Source: Candidatus Hydrothermarchaeum profundi (lineage in GTDB: Archaea; Hydrothermarchaeota; Hydrothermarchaeia; Hydrothermarchaeales; Hydrothermarchaeaceae). From it: a stretch of 64,000 bases of DNA. The DNA lies in the NCBI GenBank assembly GCA_002011125.2, contig MTMF02000009.1, positions 1,480,989-1,544,988 on the forward strand. The letters run 5' to 3'. The translations under genes and the position numbers were made by a program. This document shows, piece by piece, positions 39,783 to 48,497 of the stretch (its first letter is position 1; each line of letters begins with the position of its first letter). Below the pieces are notes generated by a model that was not told where the DNA came from, made no database searches, and saw only the letters and a list, made by a program, of their open reading frames with translations.

Positions 39783-41800
39783 TCTTCGCCTATCACGACA
39801 TCGCCTACACTGGATTCTCTATCATCTTGTTTAAATCTCTGCATTCCAATAGTTACTCTGCCCATAAACCAGATAAAAGTTAAAACTAGAATACTGCCAT
39901 ATGCAACAAAAGCAATAAAAATCTGGTTCTTTTGTTTGTAAAGAATTTGTAGTTCTTCGGCAATGCGTTCTGCGTCTTTAATCTCGCCTGCTTTTCTATA
40001 CAGACTTTCCGCCGTTTCATAATTTTTTATTGCGCTTTCGTAGTTAGTAGAAACTTCATCATAGTCAAGAGGATTGTATACGAAATAAAATGTTCCTTCT
40101 CCCTCACCCAACTGGAACATCTTGCTTCTAGCATTACGTAACATTATTTCTGCCTTTTTAACATCTTCAGATGCAGAGAGCAATGATTTCTCATATCTAT
40201 CCTGCAATAACTGTTGTGTCTGTTGGTATTCTCTTGCTTTTTTCTCATCACCTGAATATTTAGAGATCTCTGACATTCTCTTGTATAATAACGATGCCAC
40301 TTTATAGTCGTTCTCCTTGGTTTCTGCGGCTTTATTTTCTAGATCCTTTAAGACATTCTTTGCAAATCTTTGCCAGAGATTTTGAGCTGCCGTCACGCTT
40401 TTACTTGATTGCAATTTGAGTTCTGCGTCCTCTAGGTTCTCATCTCCGATTCTAATCTTATTTAAAGCACTATTAGCTTTAATTATTGCATCAGCAGAAC
40501 TGATTAATTTTCCATCTATAAGATCTTTCTCAGAGTCTTCCAAATAACTTAGAAGTGACCTCACTCCACTATACACCGACATCACCATCGCGATCTTACG
40601 AATCTCGGTTTTCCCCTTAGCATTTTCGAGAAGGAGAAGGGTATCCTGTATTAGAGACTTCTCTTCTTGGCTATCCGTTGAAGCACTCAGATTTTTAAGA
40701 TAGCCGGTGGCTTCTTCAATTCCTGGAAAATAGACAGTGACATACAGATAAATGGTTTGTTTTCCAGCGTAGTGAGTTTTTAGGTCATATGCCCAGTCCT
40801 TATCCCCTAAACTGGCATCTGGAGGTAGAGTAATACTAAAGCTATAATTTTCAGATTCTCCTGGAGCTATATAATCATCGCCCTTAATGCTTACCCATCC
40901 TTTTGGACCATTGGTAAGAGAAAAACTTAATCCTTCTATGGGAGTAAATCCACCAACTTCGCTAATTGTTATTATTCTAGTAGTAGTGTCCTTTCCCGGC
41001 TCGAAGGTGATCTTACCCATATCTATTGTTTTTTTGCTTATTTCCATTTTCGGTTGTGGTATAGTATATTTAGCTTCTTGAGGCTCTGACGTGATCACAC
41101 TTGTAGAAGTAATGATTGGTTTAATATTATATGTGCCGGGTTTTAGTCCCTTTTGGGGTATAGTGACGTTTACTTGGATGTTTTTGGATTCAAGAGGATC
41201 AAGGTCCCCTATCTCCCCAGAGTATAGAAGTTCTGCAGGACCGATCTCCGCTATTAAGACTGTAACGTTAGAAGCGTTTTTATATCCATAATATTCCTCA
41301 ACTGTTAATATTCGTTTAAAGGATGTTCCAGCCTTGACATTCCCCCAGTCTACTTTGTCCCAGATAGCCCTTATTGTTGGATTGGGATAATTTATCTTTA
41401 CTGTGAATCCTGTAATATTCTGAGACGCTAAATTAGTGCCGGTTATTGAGAGAACTCCGCCAGTATATGTCTTTTCTTCCATAGAGGAAGATGCATAGAA
41501 TGTTACTGTTATATCCTTGTGCGTGTTTGGATTAAGATAGAAACTCTTTGAAGCATCATCTATTGAAGCCGTAATACCGTCAATACCATAGAATGATACG
41601 CTTAAATCCTGAATATTCCTACCAGATTCATTGCCTAAAGTTACTCTTATAACCCTCGTTAGCGAGAAAGTTTCCCCCTTTGGTTTATCAAAATCATAGA
41701 TAAGTTCTTTATCTCCTAGAAAACTTGCAGTTGCATCTGCATATGTAAGAGGAACTAACAAAAGGAAACAGAATAATATAATTAAATATTTAATACTCAC
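39779..41800 (-). CDS. Surface protein: signal peptide, Ig-like beta domains, helical domain, C-terminal TM and short tail
   Basis: N-term hydrophobic signal; IGDLDPLESKNI and IAPGESENYSF Ig-like strands; TM FIAFVAYGSILVLTFIWFM. Confidence 0.72.
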   Translation of the reverse strand: MSIKYLIILFCFLLLVPLTYADATASFLGDKELIYDFDKPKGETFSLTRVIRVTLGNESGRNIQDLSVSFYGIDGITASIDDASKSFYLNPNTHKDITVTFYASSSMEEKTYTGGVLSITGTNLASQNITGFTVKINYPNPTIRAIWDKVDWGNVKAGTSFKRILTVEEYYGYKNASNVTVLIAEIGPAELLYSGEIGDLDPLESKNIQVNVTIPQKGLKPGTYNIKPIITSTSVITSEPQEAKYTIPQPKMEISKKTIDMGKITFEPGKDTTTRIITISEVGGFTPIEGLSFSLTNGPKGWVSIKGDDYIAPGESENYSFSITLPPDASLGDKDWAYDLKTHYAGKQTIYLYVTVYFPGIEEATGYLKNLSASTDSQEEKSLIQDTLLLLENAKGKTEIRKIAMVMSVYSGVRSLLSYLEDSEKDLIDGKLISSADAIIKANSALNKIRIGDENLEDAELKLQSSKSVTAAQNLWQRFAKNVLKDLENKAAETKENDYKVASLLYKRMSEISKYSGDEKKAREYQQTQQLLQDRYEKSLLSASEDVKKAEIMLRNARSKMFQLGEGEGTFYFVYNPLDYDEVSTNYESAIKNYETAESLYRKAGEIKDAERIAEELQILYKQKNQIFIAFVAYGSILVLTFIWFMGRVTIGMQRFKQDDRESSVGDVVIGED

Positions 41801-42767
41801 TTTGGCTCACCTGCACTAACTCGTTTCCCAAAAAATATTCGTAAGTATCTATGTTCCAAGCTTTTATTCTGTGTATGAGGTAAACTGTTATTATAATTAG
41901 TAGAACTGTAATTCCACTAAAATATGCTGCGAGTCCTAGAAGTAAAGAATTCATTTGTTTTTGGATTTCTACAAGATTATTCTCAACTTTTATTTCCCAC
42001 GCTGATTCATGGTGGTACTGGTAGTACTTTTGAGCTTCCTTGAATTTTATCAAAGCACTTCTGGCTAGAACATATGATTTTATTTTTGAAGGAAAATATC
42101 CCCCCCGGAGTTCTGCTGATTTTTTATATTCGTCTTCAGCCTGCGAAAAAAATGAATTTGCTCTTTGCATGTCTTTATCGTAGCTTTCTTTTAAACTCGC
42201 CTCTTTTATCCGATAATTTGTTGCCTCAAGGGTTTCGCCAGCGGCCTCAAAAGCTCGCGATGCAGCTCCGTAAAAATCTATCTTCCTTTTTGTAATTTCT
42301 GTTGTGTCAGCTTCCCTTACGTAGGCATTAGCTTGTGTAGTCAATAAGTCGATAACCGCCTGCCTAGCAGAGTTTACAAGGTCTGTGGCTTCAACTCCAA
42401 AGTTCTCTTTCATTCTATCCAATTGAGGGATATCCTCAGTTGCCAGCTTTTTGGCTATCTCAACTGATTTTTCATGATCCTCCGAGATATCCGACACTGC
42501 AAGGAGATACGCTTTATCAAACTGTAAAAGGAATTCTTTAGTGGCTATTGAAAAATCGGCCACATACTTAGGGCAGGAGGCTCTTTCTCGTCCGTATAAT
42601 ATTAGGAGAATGTCTTGTTTCACATCATTTAAAAGAGGATATTTATCGAATGCTTGAGATTGAAGTCCCCTTATCTCGGAAGCTAAGCTGGTACAACTCT
42701 GTGCAAAAACAGGGGATGAGAAAGTTAGAATTATCAATGCAAATGTTAAGATTATTTTAAGGTCCAT
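41790..42767 (-). CDS. Secreted helical protein with C-terminal TM, paralogous to the C-terminal half of the downstream gene
   Basis: Likely start MDLKIILTFALII...VFA; TM LLGLAAYFSGITVLLIIITVYLI. Confidence 0.72.
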   Translation of the reverse strand: MDLKIILTFALIILTFSSPVFAQSCTSLASEIRGLQSQAFDKYPLLNDVKQDILLILYGRERASCPKYVADFSIATKEFLLQFDKAYLLAVSDISEDHEKSVEIAKKLATEDIPQLDRMKENFGVEATDLVNSARQAVIDLLTTQANAYVREADTTEITKRKIDFYGAASRAFEAAGETLEATNYRIKEASLKESYDKDMQRANSFFSQAEDEYKKSAELRGGYFPSKIKSYVLARSALIKFKEAQKYYQYHHESAWEIKVENNLVEIQKQMNSLLLGLAAYFSGITVLLIIITVYLIHRIKAWNIDTYEYFLGNELVQVSQSEY

Positions 42768-42819
42768 ACACCTGAAAGCATTTATATTTAACGTCTTTAT
42801 ATAATTTAAGTGGAATTTC
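42768..42819. promoter_or_regulatory. 52-bp bidirectional promoter region
   Basis: TATA-like TTTATATTTAA and TTTATATAATTTAA between two divergent start codons. Confidence 0.5.
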
Positions 42820-44046
42820 ATGCCTTATGCATTTATAGGTGTAGGACAATGCGGCGGAGGTATAGTTGATGCCGCCTTTTATGACAAAAATATGTTTAAA
42901 GTAGCGGTTCCGATAGCTATAAACTCCGCCACAATGGATCTTCAAACGTTGAAACACATAGGGAGAGAATATTGGGTAGGGATGTCTAGGGATAGGGGTT
43001 TCATTGACGGTACTATAGATGGATTTGAACACTTTGTAAGTGGAGGATATGGTAAGAATAGAGCTAAAGCTTATGAGGACGCCTTAAAATATGAGGATAC
43101 AATAAGGGATATAATAATTGAGCGCGCAAGAGTAAAGGGTGCAACAGATGATAGAGGAGTAGGCATCCCTGTCGCCTTTATAGTTTTTGGGCTTGGGGGA
43201 GGTACTGGCAGTGGCGCCTCTCCCGTTATAGCTAAGGTCTTACGGGAGATGGGGATCCCGGTAATTGCTGTTGTGGTTTTGCCGGCTAGTCATGAGGGTG
43301 GGCTTACTGCTAAGAATGCAGTAGAAAGTCTTAATATTCTAGTAGAACATGTAGATTCAGTAGTTCTGGTTGACAATCAAAAATTGGCCTATGCTGAGAG
43401 CGCAGAAACCCTTTATCAACGTTACAATGAATATGTAGCGAGAAGCCTAAGGGATATTGTGATAGGTACTGCGCTTGAGAGGATAAATCCTGCAGATTTT
43501 GAGGGATATGCGCCTGTGATTGATTTGAAGGATATGATTGCCGCTACCTCTTTTACATTAGGTAAGAAGACTAAGCCTGGATTTGCGTGCCTTGGGAGAG
43601 CTAGTGAAAAGACTAGAGACCTACTGCACTATATACTACCAATAGGAGGCTATAAAGAAATAGACGTTATAAGTCTGCTTTATAGAGCTTTTATGAAGCT
43701 AACTGTCGAGGACGTTAGAGCTGAAGACGCTGAAAAGAATCTCGTGTTATTAAGATTACCACCTGTCTATATAACTAAATCTGGAAAGATTAATACTAGC
43801 ATGGCTAAGCAGGTTATGGAGGAGAGGTCCAGATTAGGGGAGACGCACTTCGGCGTTTCTCTCACTAAGAGGAATCTCGCTACGGCTACTGTACTTTTAA
43901 CTTATAGGCCAAACCAGATTGCAAGACTAAAGGTGCTCAGCCAGCTCGCAGGGCAATATACAGATATTTCTCTTAAAGTACTTGAGGAATATGAAAAGGA
44001 TTTTGCTCTCGAAGAGTTACCTGAGGAGATAGAGGTAGAAGAATGA
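42820..44046 (+). CDS. Divergent tubulin/FtsZ-superfamily GTPase A (CetZ-like)
   Basis: FIGVGQCGGGI, AINSA..DL, GGYGKN, GLGGGTGSG, LVDNQ, T7 PVIDLKDM; acidic C-terminal tail. Confidence 0.9.
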   Translation: MPYAFIGVGQCGGGIVDAAFYDKNMFKVAVPIAINSATMDLQTLKHIGREYWVGMSRDRGFIDGTIDGFEHFVSGGYGKNRAKAYEDALKYEDTIRDIIIERARVKGATDDRGVGIPVAFIVFGLGGGTGSGASPVIAKVLREMGIPVIAVVVLPASHEGGLTAKNAVESLNILVEHVDSVVLVDNQKLAYAESAETLYQRYNEYVARSLRDIVIGTALERINPADFEGYAPVIDLKDMIAATSFTLGKKTKPGFACLGRASEKTRDLLHYILPIGGYKEIDVISLLYRAFMKLTVEDVRAEDAEKNLVLLRLPPVYITKSGKINTSMAKQVMEERSRLGETHFGVSLTKRNLATATVLLTYRPNQIARLKVLSQLAGQYTDISLKVLEEYEKDFALEELPEEIEVEE

Positions 44047-45482
44047 ATGAATATGCTCTCGCTACTCTGACTATAATAATTATACTTGGAGCGGGATTTG
44101 GACTTTTGATTTATTTTGGTATTGATGTTGTGACATATTTTGGTGTAGGGCTTGTTGTCGCCTCTATCGTAGGAAGTGTTATCTATACATGGTGGAGAAG
44201 TCAGAGCGATAAGACTATTGAGCGTCTTAAATTGGAGATTTTGACAAAAATTAAAAGGGAATTGGAAGACGTTGAGAGCCTTGTTGAAGAGGCGTCAAAA
44301 ATCACAGATATGGCTCCTATCTCTACGAAATTAACACTCTTGAGAGAGAACCTAGTAAAGCAGAAATTTTTCGATAACCATTTCAATATCAATAAGACTA
44401 TAAGGAAATATACCCTTACTTTTATTGAGCAAGAGGCCAGAAAAGTAGAGCAGAGGCTTAGAAGCTTAGAAGCCCTAGCAGCGGGAGCATGTAGACCTGA
44501 GCTTGAGAAATTTATAAAGGACCTGCAATCCAAGCTTGAAAAACTTTTAGATGCGGGGTATGGTATTGAAGAAGATATTAGCGAGTTTAATATAATTGCT
44601 GCACAGCCATCGCAGAGTTTGAGAGAGATGATAGAGAAGAAAATGAGGCTCTCTGAAAAATTCGAGGAGGTTCTTGATAAATGCGTTGAAGAGGCGGTTT
44701 CAGTTGCTACGGCTAGCAGGAGATTCGGCGACACCTCGACCTTAGAGTCCAGCGTGCTAGAGGTAAAGAAGATGAAGAGCGACTTTGATAACGCAGTTTT
44801 TTTACTGGTTAAGGCGAGGAATGAGTTGAAGGATATTTTGAGAGATGTCTTCTCTAGGCAACATAGTAAGCTTATCTCACATGTTAAAGAGATTTATAGC
44901 CTCTTAAGCGCCAATCATGTAGGCGAGAAATATAAGACGGTCATTAGAGATATAAGAGACGAACTTTTATCTCTTAATGACCCAGGAAGAATTCAAGAGT
45001 TAAGGGAACTTGAAAGAGAATTCAAGAACAAAACAGCATACGTTGTAACCGATCTTTTCGAAGAAATGGTTGAGTTAGAAAAAAACATAAATATCTATAA
45101 ACCACATGAGAAAGTTTGGACTTCTGACAAGAAGATCCCCGAACTAGTTAACAAAGTAAACCCTTCAGACGAACTTGAAGTATTCGCAAAGAACGCTAGA
45201 AAAGCTCTCAAGTGCCTTGTGAATCAACTTGAGAAAGATGTCGGTTTTCTTAAAATAATAGAGAACTACGCTAAAGTGGAACCTATTATTAGTAGGAAAT
45301 TAAATGAGAGGGGAGTACTAACTATTTCAGATTTGAATGTAAAGTATGCAGACAAGTTTATGTTACTATACAGTCTGAAAAATGAGGATACAACCTATGA
45401 AGAGGATCCCCCCACATTAACTCTTAAATCTAAGGTGGCAGCAGAGTTGAAGAATAAGCTATTAAAGAAGAAAAGGTCTTAG
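44043..45482 (+). CDS. Membrane-anchored coiled-coil protein (two N-terminal TMs)
   Basis: Two hydrophobic helices in the first ~50 aa, then long E/K/L-rich heptads; overlaps the GTPase A stop (ATGA). Confidence 0.8.
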   Translation: MNEYALATLTIIIILGAGFGLLIYFGIDVVTYFGVGLVVASIVGSVIYTWWRSQSDKTIERLKLEILTKIKRELEDVESLVEEASKITDMAPISTKLTLLRENLVKQKFFDNHFNINKTIRKYTLTFIEQEARKVEQRLRSLEALAAGACRPELEKFIKDLQSKLEKLLDAGYGIEEDISEFNIIAAQPSQSLREMIEKKMRLSEKFEEVLDKCVEEAVSVATASRRFGDTSTLESSVLEVKKMKSDFDNAVFLLVKARNELKDILRDVFSRQHSKLISHVKEIYSLLSANHVGEKYKTVIRDIRDELLSLNDPGRIQELRELEREFKNKTAYVVTDLFEEMVELEKNINIYKPHEKVWTSDKKIPELVNKVNPSDELEVFAKNARKALKCLVNQLEKDVGFLKIIENYAKVEPIISRKLNERGVLTISDLNVKYADKFMLLYSLKNEDTTYEEDPPTLTLKSKVAAELKNKLLKKKRS

Positions 45483-45484
45483 TC

Positions 45485-46837
45485 ATGGAGGATTATTCTA
45501 CTAGGTGGAGCATTATAGCCTCCGGCGAAGGAGCCAACCGCATCTCTTTCTTATATTACGCGAAATATAGAAATCCCGCAATTGAGGATAGGGTTCTTCT
45601 CCTTAATACAACTACGGCCGATGTAAAACCTGAAAAAACTTTTGAATATATGTTAACTAAGAACCCCCGATTTCAGGAAATCTATGAAAAGATAAAGCGA
45701 GAAAAGATATGTATTTTTGGTAAATCGCCTTCTGGAGCCGGAAATAACTGGAAAGTAGGTGAAAACGAAGCAAGAGACGATTTCGACACTATAAGAAGAT
45801 ACATAGAGAACCTTAAGCTTGGAGGGCGGGATGTAATATTCGGGATATCTACTCTAGGCGGCGGAACTGGTAATGGATCTCTACCCTTTATAATATATCA
45901 ACTGAAATATGGGAGTGAGGCTTTAATACTTGGGCAGAACAGTTTTATAGCTTTAGGGATAATGCCCTATGATTTCGAAGCTCCTCAGAGATTTTTTAAT
46001 ACCATCTGTGGCATCGCTCGGCTTTTAAAGTATGGTCCGAGGGGAGTGCAGAATGCGGATATGTTATTATTAGCTGATAACACTCAAATTGAGAGACTTC
46101 TCGGAATCACAGAGTCTTTCAAGGAGGAGAGATACTACAGAATAAATGAAGAGATAATTAAAGCCATAAACATGATGATAGCTCCTGGAGGTCCTGGGGC
46201 AAGGTCAACTATTGATGTAGCTGATTATTATCAGCTTCCAAGCAATATAGGAACTTATCATTTTACTCCTTGTATGAGTCTTGGAAATGATCCGGAAGTA
46301 TTTGGAATAGAGACCGCTTTGGAAACGGCTATGGATCGCCCTATGGCCCCGGTAGACCCAAAAACAGCTACTATGGCATATGTAATTGTTGTGGCACCTA
46401 AAAAATATGTTGAAAATGGCACCTTTACTCAGGAAGGGTTAGAGGATATAACGAGAGATTGGGCAGTCAAAAACTTAGCTGGGCGTAGAGGAGGTATTTT
46501 GAGATATTCCAGCCTGGTTGCCAGCAGAGAGATAGAAACCTTGGATGTTATGATATTACTAGGAGGCTTCAGTCTGAAGGACATATTCTCTAAAGCTCTT
46601 CAGAAATATTACGATTTTAAGGATAGCTTGGAAATAGAAGGAAAAGAAGTAGAGCTTGCTGACGAAAACAACCCAAGAATCAAGGTGAGAATAAATATCG
46701 ATGATATAGAAACTATAGAATCTCGGATAAAGGAGTATATTAGGCTTACAGAAGATAGAATTAAAAGAGCTAGAGAAGAAGAAATTGATTTAAAAGAAAA
46801 GCTCTTAGAGTGGGGATTTGGAAAATCCACTCCCTAA
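45485..46837 (+). CDS. Divergent tubulin/FtsZ-superfamily GTPase B
   Basis: IASGEGANRI (degenerate T1), LLNTT.AD, IFGKSPSGAGNNWKVG, TLGGGTGNG, LADN, T7 STIDVADY. Confidence 0.88.
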   Translation: MEDYSTRWSIIASGEGANRISFLYYAKYRNPAIEDRVLLLNTTTADVKPEKTFEYMLTKNPRFQEIYEKIKREKICIFGKSPSGAGNNWKVGENEARDDFDTIRRYIENLKLGGRDVIFGISTLGGGTGNGSLPFIIYQLKYGSEALILGQNSFIALGIMPYDFEAPQRFFNTICGIARLLKYGPRGVQNADMLLLADNTQIERLLGITESFKEERYYRINEEIIKAINMMIAPGGPGARSTIDVADYYQLPSNIGTYHFTPCMSLGNDPEVFGIETALETAMDRPMAPVDPKTATMAYVIVVAPKKYVENGTFTQEGLEDITRDWAVKNLAGRRGGILRYSSLVASREIETLDVMILLGGFSLKDIFSKALQKYYDFKDSLEIEGKEVELADENNPRIKVRINIDDIETIESRIKEYIRLTEDRIKRAREEEIDLKEKLLEWGFGKSTP

Positions 46838-46839
46838 TG

Positions 46840-47301
46840 TTACATTGCCCCAATTATGTCGCCTCTTGTTATGATCCCTACAAGCTTTCCTCTCTCTACA
46901 ACCGGGAGCCTGTTTATATTGTGAGATGACATCAGTCTAGCAGCCTCTTCTAGTGAGGCTGTAGATTTAATGGTGATAACTTTTTTAGTCATTATATCTC
47001 CTACCCTCATTGACGAAGCCTTCTTAATTTTTTCTAGAGCCTCCTTTAATTCAAGCTTCATTCGCACCGGAAGTTCAAGCAAGTCAAAGGGAGATGGCAA
47101 CAGCGTGGTTATACTCATGTAAGGTGGCTCTAACAGTTTCATTATATCTGTCTCGCTGATAACTCCTATTACTTTACTATTTGAGACTACAGGGGCTCCG
47201 CTTATTTTTTTCTTCCTTAATATTTTCGCTGCGTCGTAGATTGAATCTTCTGGAGTAAATACGACGACATGCTTATTCATAACATCTTTCACTTTAACCA
47301 C
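46840..47301 (-). CDS. CBS-domain pair protein
   Basis: VKDVM, ISGAPVV, INRLPVV..GKLVGIITRGDI. Confidence 0.9.
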   Translation of the reverse strand: MVKVKDVMNKHVVVFTPEDSIYDAAKILRKKKISGAPVVSNSKVIGVISETDIMKLLEPPYMSITTLLPSPFDLLELPVRMKLELKEALEKIKKASSMRVGDIMTKKVITIKSTASLEEAARLMSSHNINRLPVVERGKLVGIITRGDIIGAM

Positions 47302-47312
47302 TGCTATTCCTC

Positions 47313-48341
47313 CTAGGGGTGTATCCCTATGTTTCCTAATCCTTCCCACTCTTTGTATCCCATCATTATATTCATGTTTTGAACTGCTTGCCCAGAGGCA
47401 CCTTTAACGAGGTTGTCTAGGGCTGAAACTATTATGAGCCTCTTCCTCTCTTTATCTACTTCAAAGCATCCTATGTCGCAATAGTTAGATCCTCTAACAG
47501 CGCTAAGTCTTGGTATTTCACCTGCGCTTAATATCCTTATGAAAGGCTCATCATCGTAGAATTCTTGGTAAAGGTTTCTAATGGTTTCACTGTCAATCTC
47601 TTTCCGTAGAAAGCAGTGTATTGTACTTGAGATCCCTCTAATTACAGGGACAAGATGAGGGACAAAAGATAACTTTACTCTTTCATTAAATACTCTCAGC
47701 TCCTGTTCCATCTCAGGTAGATGCCGATGGTATATAACATTGTAGGGTAAGACACTTTCAGCTGCATTGGGGAAATGGGTCTTCTCCTTTGGAGATGCTC
47801 CTGCTCCAGAAATGCCGCTTTTAGAGTCTACAGCAATCTTTTCTACATCGATTATATTTTCTTTTATTATAGGAGCTAAAGCTAATATTACGCTAGTCGG
47901 ATAACATCCAGGGTTTGCCACAAAAGAAGATGCCTTTATTTTGTTGCGGTAAAGTTCAGGAAGTCCATAAACTGCTTTTAGTTCGGGATGCTCATGTTTA
48001 ATGCCATAGTACCTCTCATATATTCTGACATCTCTAAATCTGAAATCACCGCTCAGGTCAACGAATTTCGTTTCTAACTTTAAAAGTACACTTGCTAGTT
48101 TCATTGAGAAGCCATGCGGTGTTGCTAAGAAGACAAAATCACATTTTCTAGCTACTTCCTCTGGACTAAGGTTCTCAAATTTTAGGTCAAGTATGTCTCT
48201 CAAGTGAGGATGAACCGTATAAACCTTTTCTGTTGAAGTTCTTGAAGTTGCACAGGTAATTTCGCATTTTCTATGTTTTGAAAGTATCCTTAAGAGTTCT
48301 CCACCCGTGTATCCGGTTGCGCCTATGATTCCGACTTTCAT
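47313..48341 (-). CDS. argC: N-acetyl-gamma-glutamyl-phosphate reductase
   Basis: GATGYTGGEL, ANPGCYPT, SGISGAG, DNLVKGASGQA.QN. Confidence 0.97.
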   Translation of the reverse strand: MKVGIIGATGYTGGELLRILSKHRKCEITCATSRTSTEKVYTVHPHLRDILDLKFENLSPEEVARKCDFVFLATPHGFSMKLASVLLKLETKFVDLSGDFRFRDVRIYERYYGIKHEHPELKAVYGLPELYRNKIKASSFVANPGCYPTSVILALAPIIKENIIDVEKIAVDSKSGISGAGASPKEKTHFPNAAESVLPYNVIYHRHLPEMEQELRVFNERVKLSFVPHLVPVIRGISSTIHCFLRKEIDSETIRNLYQEFYDDEPFIRILSAGEIPRLSAVRGSNYCDIGCFEVDKERKRLIIVSALDNLVKGASGQAVQNMNIMMGYKEWEGLGNIGIHP

Positions 48342-48445
48342 TTCACAGCCTTCTTCTTTGTGCTATTTAAGCGAGGTACTACCTTGAACAAAATTATTAC
48401 GACAAGGAGAATAACGAGAACCTCCTTTAGGCCGAATAATACCAT
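48338..48445 (-). CDS. Small single-TM protein, TatA-like N-terminus (35 aa)
   Basis: Not in the ORF track; MVLFGLKEVLVILLVVIILFKVVPRLNSTKKKAVK; its stop overlaps the argC ATG (ATGA). Confidence 0.65.
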   Translation of the reverse strand: MVLFGLKEVLVILLVVIILFKVVPRLNSTKKKAVK

Positions 48446-48497
48446 TTTTACACCTTGCAAAGTTATTTAATCTGAAAGATATAAAAAAACCTTTGGG

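Noticed and set aside
42768-42821. Track start of the 343-aa ORF at 42821
   Set aside because: It would overlap the GTPase A start and both TATA-like boxes. The ATG at 42767 gives a clean signal peptide.
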